Shown here: positions 1-10,472 of the stretch, one piece after another | Layout: every line of letters begins with the position of its first letter | How positions within the stretch are numbered: position 1 is the stretch's first letter | Source: a virus | Taxonomy: Duplodnaviria > Caudoviricetes | Strand: one strand, 5' to 3' | Length of the DNA: 34,845 nucleotides | IMG/VR virus record: IMGVR_UViG_3300031694_000020 | Span: 1-34,845 of that record | Made by a program: the position numbers and the translations under genes | Notes under the pieces: model-generated | Told to the model about the DNA's origin: nothing | The model's database searches: none | The model's input: the letters and a program-made list of their open reading frames with translations, nothing else

Positions 1-199
1 CCATAATCTCTCAATTGGATTCTGAAGCAAAGAATGGGATTATAACGGATCAAGAAGGAACAGAAGCTCAAAAAGAAACGGTGGATAGACTTGTAGATAC
101 TATAAAGAAACTCAGGCCACACATAGGATCTGACAATGTAAAATCGCGACTAGAGTCTTTATCCCGCCAACACAAAGGAATGCGGATGTTTGTTGGGTT
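1..199. repeat. Terminal direct repeat, copy 1 (circular assembly overlap)
   Basis: Identical to 34647-34845 except A73 vs G34719. Confidence 0.97.
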
Positions 200-2528
200 C
201 AGAGATCTTGATGATGTTGAAAGAAGTGAAGTGATACGTGATCTTGTATCTGGAACAGGAGAATTATTTAATAAAAAATCGAAAAGGTACAGTGAATTTC
301 TTACAGAAATGCCAAAAAGGGAAAAAGATAATCTTATTAATTATTTAAGGACATACATTGCTTTTGAAAAAAAGGTAAACGATGCAGAAGATGAAGTTAC
401 AAAAGGAACAATTAGTATAGCAATGACTAGTATGGTGTGGGGATCTGCAAATCGTGAAGAGAGGGCTGGAATGAATCTATTAATAAGGAATATAGGTACT
501 GAAGCTTGGGAAAATACAAAACCAAAAGATAGACTACGTCTTTTACAGACTACTGTTAGAGAAGTACGCGCTCGTTCAGAAAAAAGGTATACCGATGGGA
601 AAAGAGCAGAAAGAGATTCTAAAGATTTAGAAACTAAGTTACTCCACAAAGATGCTACTTTAGTTCTATCTAGGGAACTTGTTAAATATCCTGAAGTGTA
701 TAGGAATCTTCAGAATCTTCTTGCGGGATTTACTGGAGAGTTCGATGAAAAAGGTAAAGCCATTATTGACCCATCGCGCGCAATCAAAGATCCCCAGGTT
801 GAATTTAGATTAGTTAAGTCAACGTTCCAACATGCAATGAATAACGTTAAAGACGATACAACGCTAAAGATTTTTGACCTTTTAAAAGGACAAACTCTTA
901 CAGCGGCTAAACAATTAGGTCTTGATGGTACTAAACTTATCGCCGAAGTAGTTGATTCACCTCAACCAGATCAACAACTTCGTCATTTAAGGGCTTTAAG
1001 TAAGGGTTTAATAACAGCCGCAACCAAAGCTAGAACGGATCTAAAAAAAATGGCACCAATGATAGCGGCGTATGCAAGTGAGACTTCAATGCTCCCCTCA
1101 TCGGATAATGGCAAGTATGTTATGGCTGTTTTAAATAAGGGCGGTGTCGATACTTCAGATATAGACAATGTAATAAGGCATGGTTACTTGGGGATTCCTG
1201 ATTCTTATGTAAAAGCCATGTCGCAAGCGGTACTCAGCGGGTCTAAGGATGTAAAGACAGTACAATTTGCGGTTCAACTTTTTCAGGCTTATAATATACA
1301 GCCGGGCAATGATAAACATCTAAGGAAACAACTTGGAGGTGATATATACAATCAGTTACGTATTATTTCTACGTTCGGTAGTAAGTTTGAAGCACCCGGA
1401 ATGATGGAGGCTGTAGCTAGGGTCGTAGACCCGACAAGAAAAAAGGAAGAGGATATTCACGCGCAAATCAAATATGCGTTTGGTCCAGAATTTATAAAAA
1501 CAGATGGTAGTCTAAATAATCCAAAAATAAAACAAGATTTTGAGGCAACTTTTCAGGCTGTTTCGCCAAGAATGGTGCAAGGGGAAGATGATACTGCTCT
1601 AGGAAACTTGTTTCGATCTTTGTGGAAAGCTCCTTTTTCAAAGCCACAGCTAACACAGGTAGAAAAAGATGCACTGCCAAAAATAACATATTCATCGGCA
1701 CCAAAAAAATTCATGGAAGCTGTATATAATAGATATTATATTAATGTGGGGAAATATGCTGGTCATGGTGATAGTATGGCTGGGTCAGATGGGATAACTG
1801 TAGGCGCTCGTAGAGAAGCGTTGAAAAATGCTATCTCGAGTGTAATGGGAAACCCATATTTAGGGGGCTGGGGTTGGTCTGTGATGATGGCTCCTCAATC
1901 AGATTATTTTACAGGACAGTTTAAGTTGAGGAAGAATGCTCCAGAAGTTCTTTTTAAAGTTTCTGATCCGTTAAGTCCAGAAGGTGTGAGCATAGAATAT
2001 TTGGCTACTGAAGGCATGGCAAATTTTAAAAGCCAGTTGGGGAAAGCACACGATAAATTAAAACACGGGTATTCGTGGGGTAAAAATATATTCCTTATAG
2101 ATAGCGGAAAGGTAGGCCCAGAAGGAAAACCTCTCTATAATGTCCAAGCGGCTGATGATACTATAGAAGGTAAAACTGGGTACGGTCATCTCATTAGAGA
2201 TAAAAACGGTAAAGAAGTTTTAATTAATTTTGCCCCCATGAAAGAGAACGAAGAACACCGTGTTATTTGGGAGCAAGCAGACCTTGTGTACAAGGCGAGT
2301 CAAAGACACGAAAGAAATGTTACTGCACATCATGCCAGTGAAGATGAGCGTGAACGTAAACTGGGTGGCGGACCTAGTTTTCCAAAAAGTGGAGAAAAAC
2401 TTCGTGTGAAAGTTCCTCCTTATCCTATACGAGTAGAACCAATAAACCCTGAAGAATCTGGTTGGAACGAGCCTAGTCAAGGTAATCCTTATATGGGCGA
2501 TCCTACTGACCTGTTTGGTCCTCCTTGA
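1..2528 (+). CDS. Internal virion (ejection) protein, 3' part; full gene is 34097-34646 + 1-2528, 1025 aa
   Basis: The frame from ATG 34097 continues through the overlap into the 15..2528 ORF. Large helical-looking protein after the nozzle and small core genes, at the T7 gp15-like position. Confidence 0.75.
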   Translation, partial: IISQLDSEAKNGIITDQEGTEAQKETVDRLVDTIKKLRPHIGSDNVKSRLESLSRQHKGMRMFVGFRDLDDVERSEVIRDLVSGTGELFNKKSKRYSEFLTEMPKREKDNLINYLRTYIAFEKKVNDAEDEVTKGTISIAMTSMVWGSANREERAGMNLLIRNIGTEAWENTKPKDRLRLLQTTVREVRARSEKRYTDGKRAERDSKDLETKLLHKDATLVLSRELVKYPEVYRNLQNLLAGFTGEFDEKGKAIIDPSRAIKDPQVEFRLVKSTFQHAMNNVKDDTTLKIFDLLKGQTLTAAKQLGLDGTKLIAEVVDSPQPDQQLRHLRALSKGLITAATKARTDLKKMAPMIAAYASETSMLPSSDNGKYVMAVLNKGGVDTSDIDNVIRHGYLGIPDSYVKAMSQAVLSGSKDVKTVQFAVQLFQAYNIQPGNDKHLRKQLGGDIYNQLRIISTFGSKFEAPGMMEAVARVVDPTRKKEEDIHAQIKYAFGPEFIKTDGSLNNPKIKQDFEATFQAVSPRMVQGEDDTALGNLFRSLWKAPFSKPQLTQVEKDALPKITYSSAPKKFMEAVYNRYYINVGKYAGHGDSMAGSDGITVGARREALKNAISSVMGNPYLGGWGWSVMMAPQSDYFTGQFKLRKNAPEVLFKVSDPLSPEGVSIEYLATEGMANFKSQLGKAHDKLKHGYSWGKNIFLIDSGKVGPEGKPLYNVQAADDTIEGKTGYGHLIRDKNGKEVLINFAPMKENEEHRVIWEQADLVYKASQRHERNVTAHHASEDERERKLGGGPSFPKSGEKLRVKVPPYPIRVEPINPEESGWNEPSQGNPYMGDPTDLFGPP

Positions 2529-2529
2529 T

Positions 2530-5500
2530 ATGTCAGAATTTTATGACAGATTACACAAAATAAATGCGGAGCAAGCAAGTACTAAGCAGATTCCGCAACA
2601 TACTATGGATGATAGTGAGCGTATTTGGAATGTTATGCAGACTGACCAGTTTTTTGGTCAAGCGGCTACTAGTCTAATGTACCATAACAAGTCAGGTGAA
2701 AAGAAAGATTATGACCCTGTTGAGGGATACAGGCCCACTGGCAATGAACTTCTGGGATATGAAGAATACGCTAGTGAGCTTATAACTTCACGTAGCCCTG
2801 ATGAAACAATGGTTAGAAAAGAAATTATTGATCGCAACGTAGCAAATAGGAAATCTTTTGCGGACGCTGGGTGGGATAGGTTTTTTGGTAATCTCCTTGA
2901 CCCCGTTAACTTAATCCCCATTCCAATTGCCAGAGGATTAGGTTTTGTTCGTGCGGCTAAAGCAGGATCTATAGCAGGAGGTACAAGTATTGGTGTCTCT
3001 GAAGCGCTGAGGGCACAGCTTGATCCGACTAACCCTGTTGAAGAACCATATTTCGCAATTGCTGGAGGGGTGTTATTAGGCGGTGCAATTGGGGGAATAG
3101 CAGGTGGAATCAAATCAGCAAAGCTAGATTTTTTAGCTGACAATTGGTTTATGAATCAGAATGCAGTTGACGCTCATAACATAATAGAACCTTTAGTGAA
3201 AGATATCGGTGCAATAAAAGCATATGTGGAACCCTTAAAGGGTGAAAGAATGGACGATCATTTAGCGCGTCTAATAGAGAAAACGGAGCAACAAAGCCAA
3301 CTTGAATATGACACAATGATTTTTAAGCTGGGTGCAGACAAAGAAAGTTATGATGCTTTAGTTACTTACTCTAAAGCTAATCAACCAGATGCACTTGCCC
3401 CTACAGGCACTGGGGTAGAAGGGCTACGTTGGACTCAGCACCCTTATCTTTTTATGAAAAACACTCTTTTTGGTGGTGATTTAGGTAATATGGTTCGTCG
3501 GGCCGCAGATCGGATATCTGCATCTCCCGGCATGATGACCAAACAACAATTGACCGGAAGACCGACTGCACAGGGTGTTCACAATAAAGCCAAGCTACAT
3601 AACAAAGAAGCTGTTGATGTAAGTACTACTATATATAATTCCTATCTTAAAGAGCAGGGTATTAATCCTGAGACTATGACCCCCTTTAATCGTGCAGTAA
3701 AATCTATACAGACAGGAGTCTTCCAAGGTAGAGAATACAAAGCTTTCAAAGACGAAGTCGCTGAAATGTATATAACAGGGGTAAAAAGTGAGAAAGCTGG
3801 TGTTGTAGAGGCGGCAAACGGCATAAAGAAATACATGGAATATATGGGTATAAAGGGTGCGGAAGCTAGCCTTTTTGGTAAAGCCAGATTAAATAAAAGA
3901 TTAAAGTTCATAGAAGAAAATTCCATTCCTCGAGCAGATGCATCTGTTGCAAGGCAAGCTGAGTATATTTCAGGTAAAGGAACAGCAGATCAATCTGTTG
4001 TGGGTATAAATTGGTTAAGAAAATCGATCGATGATTTAGAGTCCAAACCAAGTCTAAGTAAACTCCAAGCTGAAAACCTAGAAAGATTCCGTCAAGAAGC
4101 AGGAGAAATAGAGTTCCTTCTTAAAGGTTTTGGTTCGGCAGAAGAGCGTTTGTCTTTTATTAATAAACCAACAGCAGAGATTTCTAACAAAGGTGTTGCA
4201 ATTTATCAAGACAGACTAAAAAAACAACAGGAGTTAATGGACGAGATAGTGACTACACAAAGTCAATTAAAATTCTTTGATGACCAGACTGCTAAAGGCA
4301 TTGGTCCGAAAGCAGAAGGGGAAAAACAATTCGGTCACTGGTCTAGGATGTGGAAACATGATGTAATTACTGCTAATAGGGATGCCTTTGTAAAGATTTT
4401 AGACGATTGGTATGTAAAGACTGATACTACAGGTGTTAGAGCTAACCGAACAGTTGCCAGCATAATGGGTCAGAAAACTCAATATGATATTAAAGTAGCA
4501 TTAAAAGATGCAATGACTCAGCAAAGAATGTCTGAATCGGCTATCGGCTCTGCGCTAGAAAAAATAGATGTAATCTTTTCTAAGAAAGTTACTCAAGCAG
4601 AGAACCTAGTTACTGCCAGAGAGTTTCTGCATGACTTTGTAAAGATAAACCATATAGGAACAGACGGTAAATTTAAAGATTTGCTAGATGAGATAGATAG
4701 TTTAGCTTCGAGGGGAGAGCCAGACGGTCTTAACTTTGGAGCATCTACTGCCGCTAGAGAGCGTTTAGTAGACATACCAAATAAGATGCTACTTAAAAAA
4801 AATAATGGTGTGGCAGACTTTATAGAGACAGATCCAGAAATTATGATTCGCCGTTATCATAGACGCATGGCGGCATCTATAGAGATGTCTAATGAATTTG
4901 GTGACGCAACCATGAAAGGGTTCATGGAAGACATGCGGTTTCGATTTGATGAGAAGATACATAACGCTAGTAGCGCAAAAGAAGCCGAAGAATTAACTGC
5001 GGAAGCTAAGAAGGTTATGCAAGCAATGCTTGATCTTAAAGAAAAAGTTCTTGGTGTTTATAAAATGCCTGTTGATCCAAGTTCAGTAGGACAAAGAAGT
5101 GTGCGCGGCCTTAAAAATGCAATGGTCCTAGCTCTTATGGGCAAAGCTAGTATAGCGGCACTTGCTGATATGGGACGAACAGTTATGTCTGTTGGTCTTC
5201 AGAGGTCTTTCAAGCATGGTTTTGATAGGATGACCATAGCGGCAGAAGAATTTAAAGTTGCAGGTAAAGAAGTAGAGCAAGCAGGAGAAGCGGCTGAGAT
5301 AGCTTTACATGGGCGTTGGGAAGCGTTCTTTGATGTAGATGGATCTTTTGGTGGTAATACAATGGTAGAGCGTCTGCTCGATGCAGGTGTTAATAAAATG
5401 TTTATATTGAATGCTTTGTCTCCTTACACAGATATGATGAAACGTTTTTCTGGAGCTATGATTCAATCTGAAATGATACGTACTTCTGTTAAGTGGGCAA

Positions 5501-6372
5501 ACATAGAAGGAAAAAATCCTCTAAAATATGTTGACGAGGTTACACCTCAAGGAACAGCAGAAAGAGTTATGCGTGGTGATGAAGGTGTACTAACAACCGC
5601 TGAACGTAACGCATTAACTAAAGTTGGTATAGGTCTTAACGAGGCTGTTAGAATTGCTGAGCAATGGGTGGCCGCTGGGTCAACTAAAGGTAATTCACTA
5701 CACCTGGCTAACACACAAAACTGGAAAGGCGATGACGAAATAAAACAGCTATTTCGTGTAGGCTTAGTAGACGAGATTAATAATGCTGTTGTAACTCCGG
5801 GGCCAGCAGAGAAGTTAAACTTTATGAGTACGCCTGTTGGCAGTCTTATGACACAGTTCAAATCGTTTGGTCTCTCAGCCACACACAGAACACTATTAGC
5901 AGGTTTACAGCAACGTGATGCCAAAGCTTTTCATGGGATTCTTTCAATGATAGCCATGGGTTACTTTGTAGACCTAGTTAAATCCCCAAGTTACGATAAG
6001 AGAGATTTCACTTCTTTGGACAGGCTAGTTCAAGCAATAGAATATTCTGGGACTACTGGAATAATGTTTGATCTTAATAATATGATCGAAGTTATGAGCG
6101 GTAATAAACTAGGTCTTAGACCATCTTTAGGTATAGACAGTTTTTTTCAGAATCCCAACTTAGCACAAAGAACGGGACAAGTCGGCGGTCCAGTAGCTTC
6201 TCTAGGTGGGGATTTGTTTAATTCTATTCTAAATCCAAACGCAGATAGTCAAGATATGGCGCGTTCTATTAGAAGATTACTGCCATTTAATAATCTTATT
6301 TGGTTTTCTTGGGCGGTAGATCGGTTACAAAGATCAGCAGGTAGCATAGGTGAAGGCGATGATAATGAATAG
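2530..6372 (+). CDS. Large internal virion/ejection protein (T7 gp16-like position)
   Basis: About 1280 aa with an N-terminal Gly/Ala hydrophobic segment and C-terminal QFKSF...GPV...RRLLPFNN motifs typical of podophage internal proteins. Lies just before the tail fibre. Start taken at ATG 2530, just after the upstream stop. Confidence 0.75.
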   Translation: MSEFYDRLHKINAEQASTKQIPQHTMDDSERIWNVMQTDQFFGQAATSLMYHNKSGEKKDYDPVEGYRPTGNELLGYEEYASELITSRSPDETMVRKEIIDRNVANRKSFADAGWDRFFGNLLDPVNLIPIPIARGLGFVRAAKAGSIAGGTSIGVSEALRAQLDPTNPVEEPYFAIAGGVLLGGAIGGIAGGIKSAKLDFLADNWFMNQNAVDAHNIIEPLVKDIGAIKAYVEPLKGERMDDHLARLIEKTEQQSQLEYDTMIFKLGADKESYDALVTYSKANQPDALAPTGTGVEGLRWTQHPYLFMKNTLFGGDLGNMVRRAADRISASPGMMTKQQLTGRPTAQGVHNKAKLHNKEAVDVSTTIYNSYLKEQGINPETMTPFNRAVKSIQTGVFQGREYKAFKDEVAEMYITGVKSEKAGVVEAANGIKKYMEYMGIKGAEASLFGKARLNKRLKFIEENSIPRADASVARQAEYISGKGTADQSVVGINWLRKSIDDLESKPSLSKLQAENLERFRQEAGEIEFLLKGFGSAEERLSFINKPTAEISNKGVAIYQDRLKKQQELMDEIVTTQSQLKFFDDQTAKGIGPKAEGEKQFGHWSRMWKHDVITANRDAFVKILDDWYVKTDTTGVRANRTVASIMGQKTQYDIKVALKDAMTQQRMSESAIGSALEKIDVIFSKKVTQAENLVTAREFLHDFVKINHIGTDGKFKDLLDEIDSLASRGEPDGLNFGASTAARERLVDIPNKMLLKKNNGVADFIETDPEIMIRRYHRRMAASIEMSNEFGDATMKGFMEDMRFRFDEKIHNASSAKEAEELTAEAKKVMQAMLDLKEKVLGVYKMPVDPSSVGQRSVRGLKNAMVLALMGKASIAALADMGRTVMSVGLQRSFKHGFDRMTIAAEEFKVAGKEVEQAGEAAEIALHGRWEAFFDVDGSFGGNTMVERLLDAGVNKMFILNALSPYTDMMKRFSGAMIQSEMIRTSVKWANIEGKNPLKYVDEVTPQGTAERVMRGDEGVLTTAERNALTKVGIGLNEAVRIAEQWVAAGSTKGNSLHLANTQNWKGDDEIKQLFRVGLVDEINNAVVTPGPAEKLNFMSTPVGSLMTQFKSFGLSATHRTLLAGLQQRDAKAFHGILSMIAMGYFVDLVKSPSYDKRDFTSLDRLVQAIEYSGTTGIMFDLNNMIEVMSGNKLGLRPSLGIDSFFQNPNLAQRTGQVGGPVASLGGDLFNSILNPNADSQDMARSIRRLLPFNNLIWFSWAVDRLQRSAGSIGEGDDNE

Positions 6373-6378
6373 GTTTCG

Positions 6379-6416
6379 TTCTGTGCGTGGTAGTTTTATT
6401 CTCTTTAACTTAATTT
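6379..6416 (+). promoter_or_regulatory. Putative late promoter (TTCTGTGCG box, -35, 17 nt, -10)
   Basis: TTCTGTGCG TGGTAG N17 TAATTT, intergenic, upstream of the tail fibre. The box recurs at 23083, 25467 and 29729. Confidence 0.55.
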
Positions 6417-6438
6417 GAGACAGAAGCGGAGTTAGAAT

Positions 6439-7149
6439 ATGGCACATATTGCAATCGGTAGTACAGCTACTATAGCTAAATATACGGCAACAGCAGGTCA
6501 AACAGCGTTTAGTATACCGTTTGAGTTTTTTGATGTTGCGGACATAGATGTCTATAAACAAGGAACAAAGTTAAGTATATCAACGCATTATAATATTAGC
6601 GGTTCAACAACATATACTGGTGGCTTTCAAGGCGGCACTATGACTTTAACTAGTGGTGCTACACTTTCTGATGCAATTGTATTAGAATTAAACATATCAC
6701 CTGTTCGAGCAACAGACTTTCCAACAACTGGTGGCTTTAATATAGACACATTAAACACATGGATCGACAAAACGATCGTGTTGTTTAAACAGGCTTTTGA
6801 AAATATAGATCGTAAAGTTGGCCGCGCATCAACTGATGCAAGTACATACGCATTAACTCTACCAGTGCCGACATCAACAGCTCAAAGTTTACAGTTAAGC
6901 ACCTCCGGGTTTACTTTAATAGGTCGTGGTAATGTAGTCTTAAACGGCACAAGTGGGCCTTCTAGTGGTACAGGGATTAACGGCGATTTCTATATTGATA
7001 GTAGTGCAAAGAATCTTTACGGCCCAAAGGCAAGTGGTTCATGGCCTTCAGCAGTTTCTATGATTGGGCCAACTGGTTCTACAGGATCGACAGGTGCTAC
7101 TGGATCGCAAGGTGCTGTAGGAGTTGGACTAGCAATAGCTTTAGGATAG
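6439..7149 (+). CDS. Short tail fibre/anchor: T7 gp17-like N-terminal domain plus collagen-like GXT repeats
   Basis: YTATAGQTAFSIPFEFFDVADIDVY and R-x-TDF...LNTWID fit the gp17 N-domain pattern. Ends GPTGSTGSTGATGSQGA...GLAIALG. Confidence 0.8.
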   Translation: MAHIAIGSTATIAKYTATAGQTAFSIPFEFFDVADIDVYKQGTKLSISTHYNISGSTTYTGGFQGGTMTLTSGATLSDAIVLELNISPVRATDFPTTGGFNIDTLNTWIDKTIVLFKQAFENIDRKVGRASTDASTYALTLPVPTSTAQSLQLSTSGFTLIGRGNVVLNGTSGPSSGTGINGDFYIDSSAKNLYGPKASGSWPSAVSMIGPTGSTGSTGATGSQGAVGVGLAIALG

Positions 7150-7158
7150 GAGAAGAAA

Positions 7159-7485
7159 ATGGCAGACATACTAACATCCACTTTCGCAGACTTAACTACC
7201 AGTGATCCCACTGTGTTGACTGCTGGAGGTGGTGAAACTTTAACAATAATAGGATGTAACATAGCTAATGTTCATGCTACTACTGCCGCATGGGTGACTG
7301 CTACGGTCTACGCAAGCGGGGGTGGATCTAACGCAATACTTTGTAAGCAAGTTAATATCCCAGTGAATGATGCATTTAATCCAATCATGGGTAAATTAAT
7401 TATGACCGCTGGAATGTACTTAAAGATGGATGCTCAAGCCAATAGTTCTCTTGAAGTTACACTCTCTTATTTGAAGCAGACTTAA
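7159..7485 (+). CDS. Tail-associated beta-rich structural protein (putative fibre adaptor)
   Basis: AGGAG RBS. 108-aa beta-strand pattern (TIIGCNIAN...KLIM...LEVTLSYL) directly after the AIALG-ending fibre. Confidence 0.6.
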   Translation: MADILTSTFADLTTSDPTVLTAGGGETLTIIGCNIANVHATTAAWVTATVYASGGGSNAILCKQVNIPVNDAFNPIMGKLIMTAGMYLKMDAQANSSLEVTLSYLKQT

Positions 7486-7486
7486 T

Positions 7487-8452
7487 ATGGCATATCTCAC
7501 AGGTGTCTCACCTGGACTTAGAGAATTAGTTACACCTACAGTGGATGTGTATGCTGACGGTGTAGGATTCAATGATGGATCATCAACATCTGTAACTCTA
7601 TCTACAGACCCTGGGAGTGAAAATAATATTATTGTAACTTTCGATGGTGTCACGCAACATCACGATACGTACTCAGTATCAGGAACGACACTATCTTTTG
7701 ATGCCGCTGTGCCTACAGGTACTGCTAAAATAGAGTGTCGTTACGCCAGCGAACATCCAGCTTACACAGGCGTGGCTGATAACGCTGTTACCTTGGCTAA
7801 GATGGCAAGTGGTACAGATGGAAATCTCATTAGTTTTGATGCTTCAGGAAATCCTGTGGCGGTTGCCACTGGTTCAGATGGGCAAGTACTTACTTCTACT
7901 GGTGCTGGAAGTCCTCCAGCTTTTGAAGCATTAGCTGGAAGCAATGTTAAAGAGATTCTAGCGATGGTCTGTGATGGAAGTACAACAGTCGTTAGTAGTG
8001 GCAGTTATACATCAACAAATGTTACTGCTCCAATAACAACTGGTACTAGCTATGTTGATTTAACTGGTTCCAGTATTAATTACACGCCTCCTTCTGGAAC
8101 AAAATCTGTCGTTTATGAATTTAGTTTCGGCTGGGGATATGTAGACGCAAGTGTAGGGACTCTTCTCAAACTTACACTTGCTGGAGCGGAGGTTACTAAT
8201 GGTCGGAGAACTTCTAGTACATATAGTCTCGGTGATGGCATGGATACTTACAAATGGATTTTTAAAATTGGAGACGGAGACGTAGCCGCTACTGGAAAAG
8301 TAGCAAGCTGGGGATCAGGGAAAATTATAAAGTTACAATGCCGAGCCATGGCTTCCAGCTATCAATGCAAAATTCATCAAACAACTTATTGGGATGGTGT
8401 TGGCGCAAACCATCTAATTAAACCAACATTACTTATTACTGCATTAAGTTAG
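7487..8452 (+). CDS. Tail fibre/receptor-binding module 1
   Basis: Ser/Thr/Gly-rich, VTFDGVTQH N-domain, GQVLTSTGAG shaft motif and a globular C-terminal head. Confidence 0.7.
   Translation: MAYLTGVSPGLRELVTPTVDVYADGVGFNDGSSTSVTLSTDPGSENNIIVTFDGVTQHHDTYSVSGTTLSFDAAVPTGTAKIECRYASEHPAYTGVADNAVTLAKMASGTDGNLISFDASGNPVAVATGSDGQVLTSTGAGSPPAFEALAGSNVKEILAMVCDGSTTVVSSGSYTSTNVTAPITTGTSYVDLTGSSINYTPPSGTKSVVYEFSFGWGYVDASVGTLLKLTLAGAEVTNGRRTSSTYSLGDGMDTYKWIFKIGDGDVAATGKVASWGSGKIIKLQCRAMASSYQCKIHQTTYWDGVGANHLIKPTLLITALS
7775..7927 (+). repeat. Shared 51-codon fibre shaft module, copy 1
   Basis: 43/51 aa identical to 8872-9024. Confidence 0.9.
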
Positions 8453-8460
8453 GAAATATT

Positions 8461-8616
8461 ATGGCAGACTATACGTTACTTCGAAGAGTTCAATACCCTC
8501 CCATCAATCATTTCCTTGAAGCTTTGCACGATAAGGAAAAGGGTAACAATACTAAATACAATGCTTGGATCGCCGCTTGTGACAAAGTTAAATCTGATTT
8601 TCCGAAGGGGGATTAA
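8461..8616 (+). CDS. Small tail fibre assembly chaperone-like protein (51 aa, not in ORF track)
   Basis: MADYTLLRRVQYPSINHFLEALHDKEKGNNTKYNAWIAACDKVKSDFPKGD with an AGGA RBS. Fills the gap exactly and shares YP...DKVKxDFPK with 10989-11291. Confidence 0.8.
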   Translation: MADYTLLRRVQYPPINHFLEALHDKEKGNNTKYNAWIAACDKVKSDFPKGD

Positions 8617-9567
8617 ATGAGTAATTACCTAACAGGACTATCTCAACTCAACCCTCAAGTAAAACGTCACAATGGTGGTGGCACATCACTGACATTAGAT
8701 TCTGCTGGAACTACAAACGCTACACTTTTGTTTGTAAACGGTGTAGCACAAACCCCTGGCATAGACTTTAACGTAAGTGGTGCAACACTAACAACTACTA
8801 GCACTCTACCTTCTGGTACAAACATCTGCACAACTATCCAGTATTTTTCGACAGGTGTGGTCAATACTGTAGCTGACAACGCTATTGGTCTAGGGCAGAT
8901 GGCATCGGGCGTAGACGGAAATGTCATTAGTTATGATGCCAGCGGGAATCCCGTGGCTGTGGCTACGGGCAATGACGGGCAAGTGTTAACTTCAACTGGT
9001 GCTGGCAGTCCTCCTGCCTTTGAAAATGCTGGTGGGGGAGCATGGTCATTTATTTCGTATGCTACTGCTAGTTCATCAGCGACTATAAGTTTCACTGGAT
9101 TAGACGACACTTATGACAGGTACATGGCTACTTTTCGTAATTTAATTCCTGCCGTTGATAATAAAGCTGTCTGGATCCGATTTGGAACAGGTTCCACAAC
9201 TTATCAAACGTCAGGCTACCAGTGGTTAGGCCAGTTTTTAGCAACAAATTACTTAGTTCTTGCCGCCAATAGTGCTAATGAATCTGATTCCAAGATTAAC
9301 GGTACGGGTGGTATCGGAGAAGCCGGCACAGCTTCAGGTGAGACTCTTCATGGTCAATTTTTTCTAGCAGATCCCGCTGATGCGACAAGTTTCACAAGTA
9401 TATATGGAAATATATGGGGGCATACTCAGTCAAGCTCAAGATTGTCTAGATCCAATTTTTCTGGTGGCTGGGCGACTGCCACTCCTGTGACAGCGCTCCA
9501 ATTTCTGATGTCCTCTGGTAGTATTGCATCGGGTGAATTTCGTTTATACGGGCTAAATAAATCTTAA
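8617..9567 (+). CDS. Tail fibre/receptor-binding module 2
   Basis: LFVNGVAQTPG N-domain, the shared shaft, and a TASSSA...FRLYGL head. Confidence 0.7.
   Translation: MSNYLTGLSQLNPQVKRHNGGGTSLTLDSAGTTNATLLFVNGVAQTPGIDFNVSGATLTTTSTLPSGTNICTTIQYFSTGVVNTVADNAIGLGQMASGVDGNVISYDASGNPVAVATGNDGQVLTSTGAGSPPAFENAGGGAWSFISYATASSSATISFTGLDDTYDRYMATFRNLIPAVDNKAVWIRFGTGSTTYQTSGYQWLGQFLATNYLVLAANSANESDSKINGTGGIGEAGTASGETLHGQFFLADPADATSFTSIYGNIWGHTQSSSRLSRSNFSGGWATATPVTALQFLMSSGSIASGEFRLYGLNKS
8872..9024 (+). repeat. Shared 51-codon fibre shaft module, copy 2
   Basis: Paralogous to 7775-7927, with mostly synonymous nucleotide differences. Confidence 0.9.
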
Positions 9568-9588
9568 TTTTAACAATAGGAGACTAAC

Positions 9589-9873
9589 ATGACACGATAC
9601 CACGCAACACAAGACGGTAACGTGGCCTTCACAGCAGAAGAAGAAACAGCTAGAGATTCTGAAGAGGCTACGTGGGCATCAGGTGCAGACGCTCGTAAGA
9701 TGGCAGAGATCAGGAGAGATCGTGATCTGCTCTTATCTAACACCGATTGGTGGGGAGCTTCTGATAACGCCGAAATGTCAAGTTCACGAAAAGCCTATCG
9801 TCTAGCGTTGAGGAATTACCCTGCAACATACACGGCTGATAATTCTGCCGATTGGCCAACGGTGGTAAACTAA
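9589..9873 (+). CDS. Tail fibre assembly chaperone
   Basis: IRRDRDLLLSNTDW...YRLALRNYP...WP matches the phage tail assembly chaperone pattern. AGGAG RBS. Confidence 0.75.
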   Translation: MTRYHATQDGNVAFTAEEETARDSEEATWASGADARKMAEIRRDRDLLLSNTDWWGASDNAEMSSSRKAYRLALRNYPATYTADNSADWPTVVN

Positions 9874-10460
9874 TGTCCGCAACTAAAGTAACAAGTGGCG
9901 TTATTGCTAGTGGAGTTATTCCAGATGCATCTGGTTTAGATTTTATATCCAGCGTTACTGCATCTTCATCGGCATCAATAGCTTTCACAAGCGGGATTAG
10001 TTCTACTTATAGCCAATATATGTTTGAGGTTGAAGCGATTCTTCCTGCTAGTGATACGAATACTATGTATTGCCAGATGTCTACTGATGGTGGTTCTTCT
10101 TACTCAGCAGGATCAACCTATGGTTATCAATTCCAGTGGTTACATTCCAGTCTATCTGCAAGTAATTACATATATTCTACGGGGGCGGCTCAACTTCCTT
10201 TCGGGAGAGGTAATTGGGGTAGCGGTGCGGCTGAGAATTGTTCTGGGCGAATATGGATATGTGATCCTGCATCGTCGTCTTTAAAGACAATGATCCAAAT
10301 TGAACTTGGGCGTTGTGATAACGGTGGTGCTAGTTTTGAACGAAATACGGGTGGAGGAATGTTCAAAACAGTTGCCGCTGTCAACGCAATCAAGTTCTAC
10401 TTCGCATCTGGTAACGTAGCTAGCGGCACGATCCGCATGTATGGTTTAAAATCTTCTTAG
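9873..10460 (+). CDS. Tail fibre head-type module 3 (paralog of the module 2 C-terminal domain)
   Basis: FISSVTASSSASIAFT...SGTIRMYGL vs FISYATASSSATISFT...SGEFRLYGL. Start at ATG 9873, overlapping the upstream TAA. Confidence 0.7.
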   Translation: MSATKVTSGVIASGVIPDASGLDFISSVTASSSASIAFTSGISSTYSQYMFEVEAILPASDTNTMYCQMSTDGGSSYSAGSTYGYQFQWLHSSLSASNYIYSTGAAQLPFGRGNWGSGAAENCSGRIWICDPASSSLKTMIQIELGRCDNGGASFERNTGGGMFKTVAAVNAIKFYFASGNVASGTIRMYGLKSS

Positions 10461-10472
10461 GAGAACAAACGC

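Noticed and set aside
1-199. Physical terminal repeat of the virion DNA
   Set aside because: It falls in the middle of a structural gene, so an assembly overlap of a circular or permuted genome is the simpler explanation.
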